Sequence record: DRR378314_377
Length of the DNA: 36,985 nucleotides
Strand: one strand, 5' to 3'
Within the stretch, counting starts at the first letter, position 1, and every line of letters starts with the position of its first letter. A program made the position numbers and the translations under genes. This document shows, piece after piece, positions 19,787-27,944 of the stretch. The notes under the pieces are model-generated. The model ran no database searches and had not been told where the DNA came from. It saw nothing but the letters and a program-made list of their open reading frames with translations.

Positions 19787-20239
19787 TTACTCCCCGTCGT
19801 AACCCATGCTTCTGAGGGCTTCGCGCTGGTCGCGAACGGTCTGCGCGAGAATTTTATTTTCCACCAGGATATCGCGGAATTTCAGACCCTCCTCGACACT
19901 TTCCAGCAACTGGTCGTCGTCCCAGGGTTTGGGCACGAAGCGGAAGGCGCCGGCCTGGTTGATGGCGGACATCAGGGTGTCGATATCGATCACGCCGGTG
20001 AGCAGGATACGGATGGTATCCGGCTGCATGGTCCGCAACTCCTGCAGCATCTCAATGCCGTCCATGTCCGGCATCCGGTAATCGGTGATCACCGCGTCGA
20101 ACACGGTGGTGCGGGCGCGCCGTAACGCGGTGGCGGCGTCCGTGTAGGTTTCCACTTCCCAGTCCGGCCGCGTCGCCAGAACCCGGTTCAGCGCCTTGAG
20201 AATATAATCTTCGTCGTCGACAACCATGATGCGGTACAT
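19787..20239 (-). CDS. Response regulator with a receiver domain plus short helical tail and no DNA-binding domain
   Basis: Motifs VVDDE, ITDYRMP (phospho-Asp), LLTG and FVPKPW. Confidence 0.9.
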   Translation of the reverse strand: MYRIMVVDDEDYILKALNRVLATRPDWEVETYTDAATALRRARTTVFDAVITDYRMPDMDGIEMLQELRTMQPDTIRILLTGVIDIDTLMSAINQAGAFRFVPKPWDDDQLLESVEEGLKFRDILVENKILAQTVRDQREALRSMGYDGE

Positions 20240-20406
20240 GGTGATCTCCCCTTGCCCCATGAATCTGCTCAAATTATCGGCGCCGCTGGTTAAAAAGTCA
20301 TCACCGTTCACGGCGCGCTCATTTATTCTACGAAGATACTACTACGGATTCCGCTTGAACAATCCATTTCATCGCCTTGCCGGGACCCCTTGTCGCCCCG
20401 TAATTC

Positions 20407-20838
20407 TCAGGCGCCGCCCGGGGTGATGATGGATTTGGTCACCGAACCGGTGGCGATCAGCTTCTCGCTGCCGTCGGGTTTCACCGCCAAGGCGTCCGCG
20501 CGCATTGCCGCCAGGGTCCGGCCGAGCCGGTCCACGCGGGCGCGGATAACCACCCGGTCGCCTTTGAAGGCGGCGCGCAGCACACTGGTGTGGGTCTCAA
20601 TCGACACCGGATGCTTGTCCGCCTCCAGCAGGGTCAGGCAGGCGAAGAAGCAGGCCACGTCGAAGAACGTGTAGAGCATGCCACCGTGAAGCGAGCCCTC
20701 CGGGTTGAGGGTGAAGTCGTTGAGTTCGATTTCCACTTCGCTTTCGCCGTCGGCGGCCTTATGCAGGCGCAGGCCACAGGCGCGGTGAAGCGGGTGGGAC
20801 AGCACGTCGTCACGGACTTCTTCGAAACGGCTGGGCAT
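20407..20838 (-). CDS. PaaI-family thioesterase (hotdog fold)
   Basis: NPEGSLHGGMLYTFFD motif. AAGGAG RBS. Confidence 0.85.
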   Translation of the reverse strand: MPSRFEEVRDDVLSHPLHRACGLRLHKAADGESEVEIELNDFTLNPEGSLHGGMLYTFFDVACFFACLTLLEADKHPVSIETHTSVLRAAFKGDRVVIRARVDRLGRTLAAMRADALAVKPDGSEKLIATGSVTKSIITPGGA

Positions 20839-20894
20839 ATCATTCTCCTTGGCCGGGTGTGTCAGGGGCGTTGAGTATAGGACAAAATGTCCGG

Positions 20895-20923
20895 TTGCCG
20901 AACGAGGTAGAGGCCGGTAGCAT
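20895..20923 (+). promoter_or_regulatory. Putative sigma70 promoter of the czcI-like/czcCBA operon
   Basis: TTGCCG-17 nt-TAGCAT, ending 7 nt before ATG 20931. No SD at normal spacing. Confidence 0.5.
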
Positions 20924-20930
20924 TTAGTTC

Positions 20931-21269
20931 ATGATCCGTCTTCTGAATGCCCTCACACTCCTTGCGGTCCTGACCAACAGCCTGGTCTGGAGTGGCGATG
21001 TGGTGGCGCATACCCTGGACAAGGACGGACATTCCCACGCTGAGGCCACCAACGAGCCCTCCCAGCTTCACATCGTCACCTCCACGCCTCAATCGGACGA
21101 CGGAGACGGTGATCGGCATCACTGCTGCCATCAGGCTTCCCACTTGAGCGGACTGAGTGCGGTCCCGGTGGCATTTACGGTGATTAGTAGCCCGGCATTG
21201 TCGATTGCTCCCAGCAGTCCTCCTATCAGCGGATTCTTTCGCTCCCCCTTCCGACCTCCCTCTGTCTGA
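20931..21269 (+). CDS. CzcI-like leader protein with signal-like N-terminus, HHCCH and C-terminal RPP
   Basis: First ORF of the RND operon. Hydrophobic N-terminus, then DGHSH, RHHCCHQASH and GFFRSPFRPPSV. Confidence 0.75.
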   Translation: MIRLLNALTLLAVLTNSLVWSGDVVAHTLDKDGHSHAEATNEPSQLHIVTSTPQSDDGDGDRHHCCHQASHLSGLSAVPVAFTVISSPALSIAPSSPPISGFFRSPFRPPSV

Positions 21270-21333
21270 TTCACTGGACAAGTTTGACGGCGCTTCAGCG
21301 CCGATTTGATTCCCTGAATCACGCATACAGAGG
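21259..21333 (+). promoter_or_regulatory. Hairpin able to sequester the czcC Shine-Dalgarno
   Basis: Nested complementary pairs CCTCTGT(21259-65)/ACAGAGG(21327-33), TGATTCA(21267-73)/TGAATCA(21315-21) and CGGCGC(21288-93)/GCGCCG(21298-303). Confidence 0.6.
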
Positions 21334-21338
21334 TCTTT

Positions 21339-22688
21339 ATGAACCGACCGTGGAAGTTGGTCGTGCCGGCGGCGTGTGTCGCCCTCGGCCTGGCGGGTCC
21401 TGTGCCCGCCGATCAGTTCAGCATGGGGCGGGTGGGCGATTATCTGGCCGAAAAGCCGGTTAACGAATCCGTCTCTCTTTCACTGCAGCAGGCGCTGGAA
21501 AAGGCGCTCCGGCGTAACAGTGCGCTGCAGTCGGCGCGCGCTGGCGTCGGACGTTTCGAGGGCCGTCTGACACACGCCAGTCGGTGGTTGCCCGCCAATC
21601 CGGAATTATCTCTGCAGGTCGCGGAGAGGGACCAGGACGGACAATCCAGTACCGATAAGGGCATCCGATTGTCCCAGGAAATTTGGATTGGCGGGCAACG
21701 GGGGCTTGGTAAAGCGGCGGCGTCCGCACGGTTGACCGCCGCCGAGCAACGGCTTGCTTTTCTCGAAACCAGTGTGCGCGCGCGAGTGCGCCTTGCCTAT
21801 CTGGAAGCCTTGCTGGCCCGGGAAAGCGTTGAAACCGCTGAGCGAGCCGAGACCCTGACTGGAAAACTTTACCAGTTTGCGTCACAGCGTTTTCAGGCCG
21901 GGGCCGCCACCCAGCTAATACTCAATACCGCCCGTATTGGTGCCGCCCGCGCCCGTGCGGCACTGGTTGATGCCCGCCGGGATCATAAACGGGCTCGATT
22001 GGCGCTGATGGAACTGCTGGTGATGGATCCGGAAAGCGCCCGTTTGCGTTTGACCAGTGAACTGAGCCTGGACCGCTTTAACCTGCCGAGTATGGGCCCG
22101 CTGTTGGGAGAGGCGCTCAAGCGCCGCCAGGACCTGGTCGCCGCGGCCAGGGAGGTTGTCGCCGCGCGCAAGACACTGTCCCTATCAAAACGCCAGCTGA
22201 TTCCAAATCTCAAAGTGTTCGGTTTCATGAAGGAAGAAGAAGGTGCGGACGTTGCGGGTCTGGGCGTGTCCATGCCCATTCCGGTGTGGGATACCCGCTC
22301 CGGTGAAAACCAGGTGGCGCGCGCGGAGCTGGAGCAGGCGCGCATCGAAGAAGATGCGTTGCGCTTGCAGGTTCGCACCGAAGTGATTGGCGCGGTAACC
22401 GACTACAACGCCGCTCGACAACGGCTTGAGGTATTCGGCAAGGATGTCCTGGCCAGCGCCGAGGAAAACGTCCGGCTCACAGAAAAAGCGTTTCGCGCCG
22501 GTAGTGTTGGCGCGCCGACCCTGGCCATGGCCCAGGACGATCTTATCAACACGCGAAGGGAATATCTGGATGCGCTGCGTGAAGCGATTGGCGCCGCCGC
22601 GGCCCTGGAGAGGTCCACTGGCGGTGTGGTGGCGCTGCGTGAAGCCGGAACCGAACAACTGAAGAACGCGGGAGATTCCGAATCATGA
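21339..22688 (+). CDS. czcC: TolC-family outer-membrane factor of heavy-metal RND efflux (CzcC-like)
   Basis: Signal peptide, LPANPELS and LSQEIWIGGQR, two OEP helical repeats. First gene of an OMF-MFP-RND operon. Confidence 0.8.
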   Translation: MNRPWKLVVPAACVALGLAGPVPADQFSMGRVGDYLAEKPVNESVSLSLQQALEKALRRNSALQSARAGVGRFEGRLTHASRWLPANPELSLQVAERDQDGQSSTDKGIRLSQEIWIGGQRGLGKAAASARLTAAEQRLAFLETSVRARVRLAYLEALLARESVETAERAETLTGKLYQFASQRFQAGAATQLILNTARIGAARARAALVDARRDHKRARLALMELLVMDPESARLRLTSELSLDRFNLPSMGPLLGEALKRRQDLVAAAREVVAARKTLSLSKRQLIPNLKVFGFMKEEEGADVAGLGVSMPIPVWDTRSGENQVARAELEQARIEEDALRLQVRTEVIGAVTDYNAARQRLEVFGKDVLASAEENVRLTEKAFRAGSVGAPTLAMAQDDLINTRREYLDALREAIGAAAALERSTGGVVALREAGTEQLKNAGDSES

Positions 22689-23905
22689 AAGTAGCCACGA
22701 CGATCACGACAATGGTGTTAACTCTGGCGTTGGCGGGATGCGGTGATGCTTCTCCCGGACATGACGATGAGACCGGCCACGCCAAAAAAGAGGCGGGCCA
22801 CGAAAGGTCGGAATCGGGCACCGAACACGGCGACCATAATGAAGAAGCGGGCTCGAAAGTCTCTTTAACTTCGGAGCAAAGCGCCTTGTTGAACCTCAAG
22901 ACCGACAAGGTGCCCGGTGGTCGAGCCGATCAAACCATCCAGGTGCCGGCCAGCGCGCATTTCAATGCGGACCGTATCGCCCATGTGGGCCCCTTGCTCT
23001 CGGGCAGAGTGGAGAAAGTGGTTGCCGACCTCGGAGACCGGGTGGAACCCGGTGATCCACTGGCTGTCCTGTCCAGCCCGCGACTGGGCCAGGTCAAGGC
23101 GCGCTACTTGAGAAAACAGGCGGAGTTCGAGGCCGCGGCCGCCGATTTGCGCAGGCAAAGCCGCCTTGCGAAACAGAATATCGTCAGCCAGGCGGACCTG
23201 CTGGACACCCGCGCCCTTTATCGCGGTGCCCGCGCGGAAAGAAACGCCGCAAAGGCGGCGTTGCGGGCCATGGGGCTCACCGCAGAGCAAATAGCCGCGC
23301 TGGATCAGAACGATGACCTGAGCCGGTATGTATTGACCAGCCCCCTGGCCGGTGTCGTGGAAGAGCGCGATCTGGCGCCGGGGCAGATACTTTCGACGGA
23401 GCAGACCCCGATTATGGTGGTCGACGCGAGCTCTCTTTGGGTGTTCGGTCAAGTGTACGAGAAAAACGCGGATTTGGTCGCCGTGGGCCAGCCGGCGCGT
23501 TTCGACACCGTGGACGCAGCGGTCGATGGAAAAATCGACTGGGTGGCCAGCCGGCTTGATCGCGAGACCCGCACTTTGAAGGTCCGTGCGTTGATCGATA
23601 ACTCTTCTCACAACATTAAAGCCGGCCAGTACGGTGATCTGACCATAACCCGCCAGGTGGCCGATCCGGTGCCTTTGGTGCCTGTCGATGCGGTGCAGAC
23701 CATCAACGGGCAGACGCACGTTTTTGTGCCCGGTGACAAAGACGATGAGTATCGTGCCCAGGAAGTGCAAACCGGCGAGGAAGCCAACGGTTTAATCGAG
23801 ATCAAAAGCGGTTTGCAGATTGGCGCTTCCGTAGTGACGTCCGGCGCTTTTGACCTTAAGTCCGCGCTCACCGCCAGCGGTCGTAGCGCCGCGCACGGCC
23901 ACTGA
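22685..23905 (+). CDS. czcB: Efflux RND periplasmic adaptor (CzcB-like) lipoprotein
   Basis: Lipobox LAGC, His/acidic N-terminal region, GDRVEPGDPL, LTSPLAGVV and DRETRTLKVRA. ATGA overlap with czcC. Confidence 0.85.
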   Translation: MKVATTITTMVLTLALAGCGDASPGHDDETGHAKKEAGHERSESGTEHGDHNEEAGSKVSLTSEQSALLNLKTDKVPGGRADQTIQVPASAHFNADRIAHVGPLLSGRVEKVVADLGDRVEPGDPLAVLSSPRLGQVKARYLRKQAEFEAAAADLRRQSRLAKQNIVSQADLLDTRALYRGARAERNAAKAALRAMGLTAEQIAALDQNDDLSRYVLTSPLAGVVEERDLAPGQILSTEQTPIMVVDASSLWVFGQVYEKNADLVAVGQPARFDTVDAAVDGKIDWVASRLDRETRTLKVRALIDNSSHNIKAGQYGDLTITRQVADPVPLVPVDAVQTINGQTHVFVPGDKDDEYRAQEVQTGEEANGLIEIKSGLQIGASVVTSGAFDLKSALTASGRSAAHGH

Positions 23906-23918
23906 TCGGGAGTTCAAT

Positions 23919-26900
23919 ATGATCGAAAGATTGATTGATGCCGCGCTGCGTAACCGCTTGCTGGTACTGGTATTCATGCTCGGTGTCGCCGGTTGGGGGG
24001 TGCTCTCCTGGCGGCAGTTGCCGGTGGATTCGTTCCCGGATGTGACGCCAAGCATGGTGCAGATTTTCACCGCCTCGCCCGGCTTGTCGCCGGAGGATGT
24101 GGAAACCCTGATCAGTTATCCGGTGGAAATATCCATGTACGGCCTGCCGGGTCTGAAGCGGGTGCAGAGCACCTCGATCTTCGGGCTCTCCAGGGTCAAT
24201 GTGTATTTCTCCGAAGACACAGATGTCTACTTCGCACGCCGCCTCGTGATGGAACGACTGGCCAAGGCGCGCGCCGAGATTCCCGGCGACCTTGGCGAGC
24301 CCCAGTTGGGGCCCATCACCAGCGGCCTCGGTCGGGTGATGATGTACACCCTGGAAACCGAGCCGGACAGTGACATTTCGTTGACGGAGCTGCGTGAGCT
24401 GCAGGATTGGGTGGTCAAGCCCATGATGCGCACGGTGCCGGGGGTGACCGGCGTGTTGTCTCTCGGTGGCTATGAAAAGCAGTACCAGGTCCGGCTTGAT
24501 ACGCGCGCTCTACTGGCGCGGGACCTTACCGTCGCGGATGTACGCGGAGCTATTACCGCTAACAATAAGAATGTGGGCGCCTCCTTTATTAATCGCGCCG
24601 GGGAAGAGAACGTGATCCGCGGTTATGGATGGGTGCCCCCGGGTAACGCCGGCTTGGATGCTATCCGTGACATCGTCATCCGTGCCCACGAGAGCACTCC
24701 GGTAACAGTCGGTGACGTGGCGAGTGTGGAGTATGGGCCGGCCATTCGCCGCGGTGCGCAAATTGCCAGTGGTGCCGAATCGGTGGGCGGCTATGTTCTT
24801 AAGCTGCTTGGTTCCAATACCAGTCAAGTCCTAAAGGACGCCAATCAAAAGCTTGAACAAATCAACGGCGCACTGCCCGACGGTGTCAGGGTAAAAGCGT
24901 TCTACTCGCAAAAGGAGTTGATCGATAAGGCGGTGGGAACCGTGGAGTCGGCGTTACTGCAGGGCGCGGTGCTGGTGATATTGATTTTATATCTCCTGTT
25001 GGGGAATCTGCGCTCCACGCTGATCGTGGTCGCCAGCCTGCCTCTCTCCGCGCTGTTCGCGTTCATCGCGATGCGCTATGTGGGGCTATCCGCCAACCTC
25101 ATGAGTCTGGGGGGGTTGGCTATCGGCCTGGGCATGATGGTGGACGGTTCGGTGGTGATCCTGGAAAACATCTTCCGGCATATGGAAAATCGCGCCGAGG
25201 AGAATGTTTCCATGGCCAGGCTGGCCAGTGAGGCGGCGCGTGAGGTGGCGCGCCCCATTGTGTTTGCCAGCAGTATTATCATCATCGTCTTCCTGCCGCT
25301 TTTCACGCTGCAAGGCGTGGAAGGGAAAATGTTCTCGCCGATGGCCTACACCATCGCCTTCGCATTGCTCGGCGCCATGATTGTAGCATTGGTGCTGGTG
25401 CCCGCGCTGATGACCTATGCCTTCAAGAAGGATGGCAACTACGGTGAGCCGCGACTGGTGGGCTGGTTAAAGGATCGTTATCAGCCCGTGCTGGACAAGG
25501 TTATGGCCTGGCCCAAGGTGGTCGCCGGCGCGGCGGTACTGGTTCTGGTGCTGGGTGTATCGGTGTTTCCGCTCCTGGGCAGTGAATTCGTGCCGACCCT
25601 TCGTGAAGGGACGCTCATGGTGCGCTCTACCCTGCCACCGGCTGCCAGCCTGGACAGTGCTATCGGTTATGCCAAACGCATACAAACGGTGTTCGAGGAA
25701 TTCGAACCGGTAACCGGCACCTACTCCAGAGTCGGGCGCGCTGAGGTGGGCGGTGACCCCGAACCCGTAAATGTCATCGCCACCACCATCACACTCAAAC
25801 CCCTTGGTCAGTGGTCCGGCGACTACGACTATGAAGGGTTGCAGTCGGCCATGTCCGATGCGGTGGCGGACCGGCTGCCGGGGCTGGCCAATAATTTCTC
25901 TCAGCCGATTCAGTTACGTACCGACGAACTGTTATCCGGTATCAAGGCACAGATCGCGATCAGTATATTCGGTGAAAACTTCGGAGAACTCGCCCGTATC
26001 GGTGAGCAGGTCAAACGTATCGCGCAAGCCACGCCTGGCGCTGTCGATGTGCGCATGCAGCAGCAAGGGGGCAAGCCGCAGATCCGAATCCGACCGGACA
26101 GGGAGGCGATGGCCCGCTACGGTTTGAGCGTCGACCAGCTGTTCGCCACTGTGGAAACCGGTATCGGCGGCGACGCGGCCGGTCAAGTGTTCGAAGGTAT
26201 TAAGCGCTTTGATCTGTTCGTGCGGCTGCGCGAGGAGCAACGCGACACGGTGTCGGCGATTGAAGACCTTTTGATCCGAACGCCGGCCGGCGCGGTGATA
26301 CCGCTGACCCGCGTCGCCGATGTGGAGCGCTTCATCGGCCCGAAAATGATCTCCCGCTCCAAGGCCAGCCGGCGCCTGTTCGTGCAACTGAACGTGCGCG
26401 GCCGGGACATGGGCGGGGTGGTCACGGAGATACGTCGTAAGGTCGCCGAACAGGTGGATATGCCGACCGGCTATTTCGTCGAATACGGCGGTCAGTTCGA
26501 GAATCAGCAACGGGCCATGAAGCGTCTCTATCTGGTCGTGCCCGTGACTCTGGCGCTGATCTTTCTGCTTCTGTACACCGCCTTTAACAGCTTGCGTTAT
26601 GCCGCGCTGATTTATCTGAATGTGCCGATCGCCACCATGGGTGGGATTTTCGCATTGTGGCTATCGGGCATGTATCTCTCCGTATCCGCCGCCGTCGGCT
26701 TTATCGCCGTGTTCGGCGTCGCGGTACTCAACGGCGTGGTCCTTGTGAGCTACATAAACCAATTGCGTGACGAAGGCATGGACGTTTTCGAAGCCGCCCG
26801 AACCGGCGCCATGCGGCGCTTGAGACCGGTGCTGATGACCGCGCTTACCTCTATGCTGGGCCTGCTTCCGCTGCTGATCGCCGATGGCATTGGCGCCAAC

Positions 26901-27026
26901 GTTCAGCGTCCACTCGCCGCCGTGGTCGTGGGGGGCTTGATAACCTCCACCTTGCTGACCCTGCTGGTCATTCCGGTGGTCTATCCCTGGTTTGCCGGCG
27001 CCCGCCGGGACGATGTTGAATTCTAA
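23919..27026 (+). CDS. czcA: Heavy-metal efflux RND permease (CusA/CzcA family)
   Basis: Motifs LPVDSFPDVT, VDGSVVILEN, EGKMFSPMA, GGQFENQQRA, FGVAVLNG and RLRPVLMTA. Confidence 0.9.
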   Translation: MIERLIDAALRNRLLVLVFMLGVAGWGVLSWRQLPVDSFPDVTPSMVQIFTASPGLSPEDVETLISYPVEISMYGLPGLKRVQSTSIFGLSRVNVYFSEDTDVYFARRLVMERLAKARAEIPGDLGEPQLGPITSGLGRVMMYTLETEPDSDISLTELRELQDWVVKPMMRTVPGVTGVLSLGGYEKQYQVRLDTRALLARDLTVADVRGAITANNKNVGASFINRAGEENVIRGYGWVPPGNAGLDAIRDIVIRAHESTPVTVGDVASVEYGPAIRRGAQIASGAESVGGYVLKLLGSNTSQVLKDANQKLEQINGALPDGVRVKAFYSQKELIDKAVGTVESALLQGAVLVILILYLLLGNLRSTLIVVASLPLSALFAFIAMRYVGLSANLMSLGGLAIGLGMMVDGSVVILENIFRHMENRAEENVSMARLASEAAREVARPIVFASSIIIIVFLPLFTLQGVEGKMFSPMAYTIAFALLGAMIVALVLVPALMTYAFKKDGNYGEPRLVGWLKDRYQPVLDKVMAWPKVVAGAAVLVLVLGVSVFPLLGSEFVPTLREGTLMVRSTLPPAASLDSAIGYAKRIQTVFEEFEPVTGTYSRVGRAEVGGDPEPVNVIATTITLKPLGQWSGDYDYEGLQSAMSDAVADRLPGLANNFSQPIQLRTDELLSGIKAQIAISIFGENFGELARIGEQVKRIAQATPGAVDVRMQQQGGKPQIRIRPDREAMARYGLSVDQLFATVETGIGGDAAGQVFEGIKRFDLFVRLREEQRDTVSAIEDLLIRTPAGAVIPLTRVADVERFIGPKMISRSKASRRLFVQLNVRGRDMGGVVTEIRRKVAEQVDMPTGYFVEYGGQFENQQRAMKRLYLVVPVTLALIFLLLYTAFNSLRYAALIYLNVPIATMGGIFALWLSGMYLSVSAAVGFIAVFGVAVLNGVVLVSYINQLRDEGMDVFEAARTGAMRRLRPVLMTALTSMLGLLPLLIADGIGANVQRPLAAVVVGGLITSTLLTLLVIPVVYPWFAGARRDDVEF

Positions 27027-27075
27027 AATCTGAGAACGGCCGGCATCGTCGATGGCGGCCGATAAGGAGACCGTA

Positions 27076-27402
27076 ATGAAAGAGATAAAAGCTTACGTAC
27101 GAAACAACATGGTCAACAAGGTGATTGACGCCTTAGCGCAGCTGCCGGAGCCGCCTTCGGTGGCGGCCGTTCCGCTGGAGACCTATGGTCACGGCGTCAT
27201 TGACGACGCCTACGGTCGATTACGAATGACAAAGCTGGAAGTCGACATCGCTGATGCCCGCGTGGAGGAGGTCGTGATCGTGATTGAGAGGGCCGCCAGG
27301 ACAGGGGAGGGTCATCCGGGTGACGGCCGAATTCTTGTGGCTGGCGTTGAGGCCGCCTTGCGTATTGATACTGGCGAGCGCGATGAGGACGCTTTGAAAT
27401 GA
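27076..27402 (+). CDS. P-II (GlnB-like) family protein associated with metal efflux
   Basis: Motifs MKEIKAYVR, KLEV, ARTGEGHPGDGRILV and LRIDTGE. AAGGAG RBS. Confidence 0.85.
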   Translation: MKEIKAYVRNNMVNKVIDALAQLPEPPSVAAVPLETYGHGVIDDAYGRLRMTKLEVDIADARVEEVVIVIERAARTGEGHPGDGRILVAGVEAALRIDTGERDEDALK

Positions 27403-27455
27403 GTCAGTGGATTTCACTGTCCTTAAGATGTCACCGGGACAGTTCGAGATAAGCA

Positions 27456-27944
27456 ATGAATTTCCGAATGGCCTTGGTAGCCGTCACAAGGTTGCGACAG
27501 TGGACCATGTCGAGAATGGTGAGCGCAATCTCGAGAGCAGGGACGCCCAATTCGGATCCAGACGACGGATGGAGAACGCGAATAAAGAGGTATCTACGCT
27601 TTCTAATTTGCGGCGGTGCGGCCACGGGAGTCCATTGGTTGATTATGGCGCTATTAATGACGGTCGACGTTCCGCCCGCCTGGGCTACCGGGGTCGGAGC
27701 GATTGCGGGCGCCATAGCTAACTATCCGTTGCAAAAAATTTTTACTTTTTCTGGTCGTGTGTCTCCAAGTCCGGTGCCGGTCTACATCCTGGCATGCATT
27801 CTGACATGGAGCCTTAACTTGTTCCTGTTCGTGACTCTTAACTCCGGGTTTGGTTTTTCTGCTGGCATTGCTCAGATTTTTGTTACCGCATTCGTGGCAA
27901 TTGGAAGTTACGGTTTTTATAGAAAGTGGGTTTTCCATGATTAA
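27456..27944 (+). CDS. GtrA-family membrane protein (undecaprenyl-phosphate-sugar flippase); start uncertain, probably later
   Basis: Motifs RYLRFLICGG, NYPLQKIFTF and YRKWVF. Four TM segments. Stop overlaps the gtrB-like start. Confidence 0.7.
   Translation: MNFRMALVAVTRLRQWTMSRMVSAISRAGTPNSDPDDGWRTRIKRYLRFLICGGAATGVHWLIMALLMTVDVPPAWATGVGAIAGAIANYPLQKIFTFSGRVSPSPVPVYILACILTWSLNLFLFVTLNSGFGFSAGIAQIFVTAFVAIGSYGFYRKWVFHD

Noticed and set aside
27483-27498. Imperfect palindrome GTCACAA-GG-TTGCGAC near the gtrA start as a CusR/CopR-type box
   Set aside because: Poor match to the consensus, no cognate regulator nearby, and the gtrA start is uncertain.
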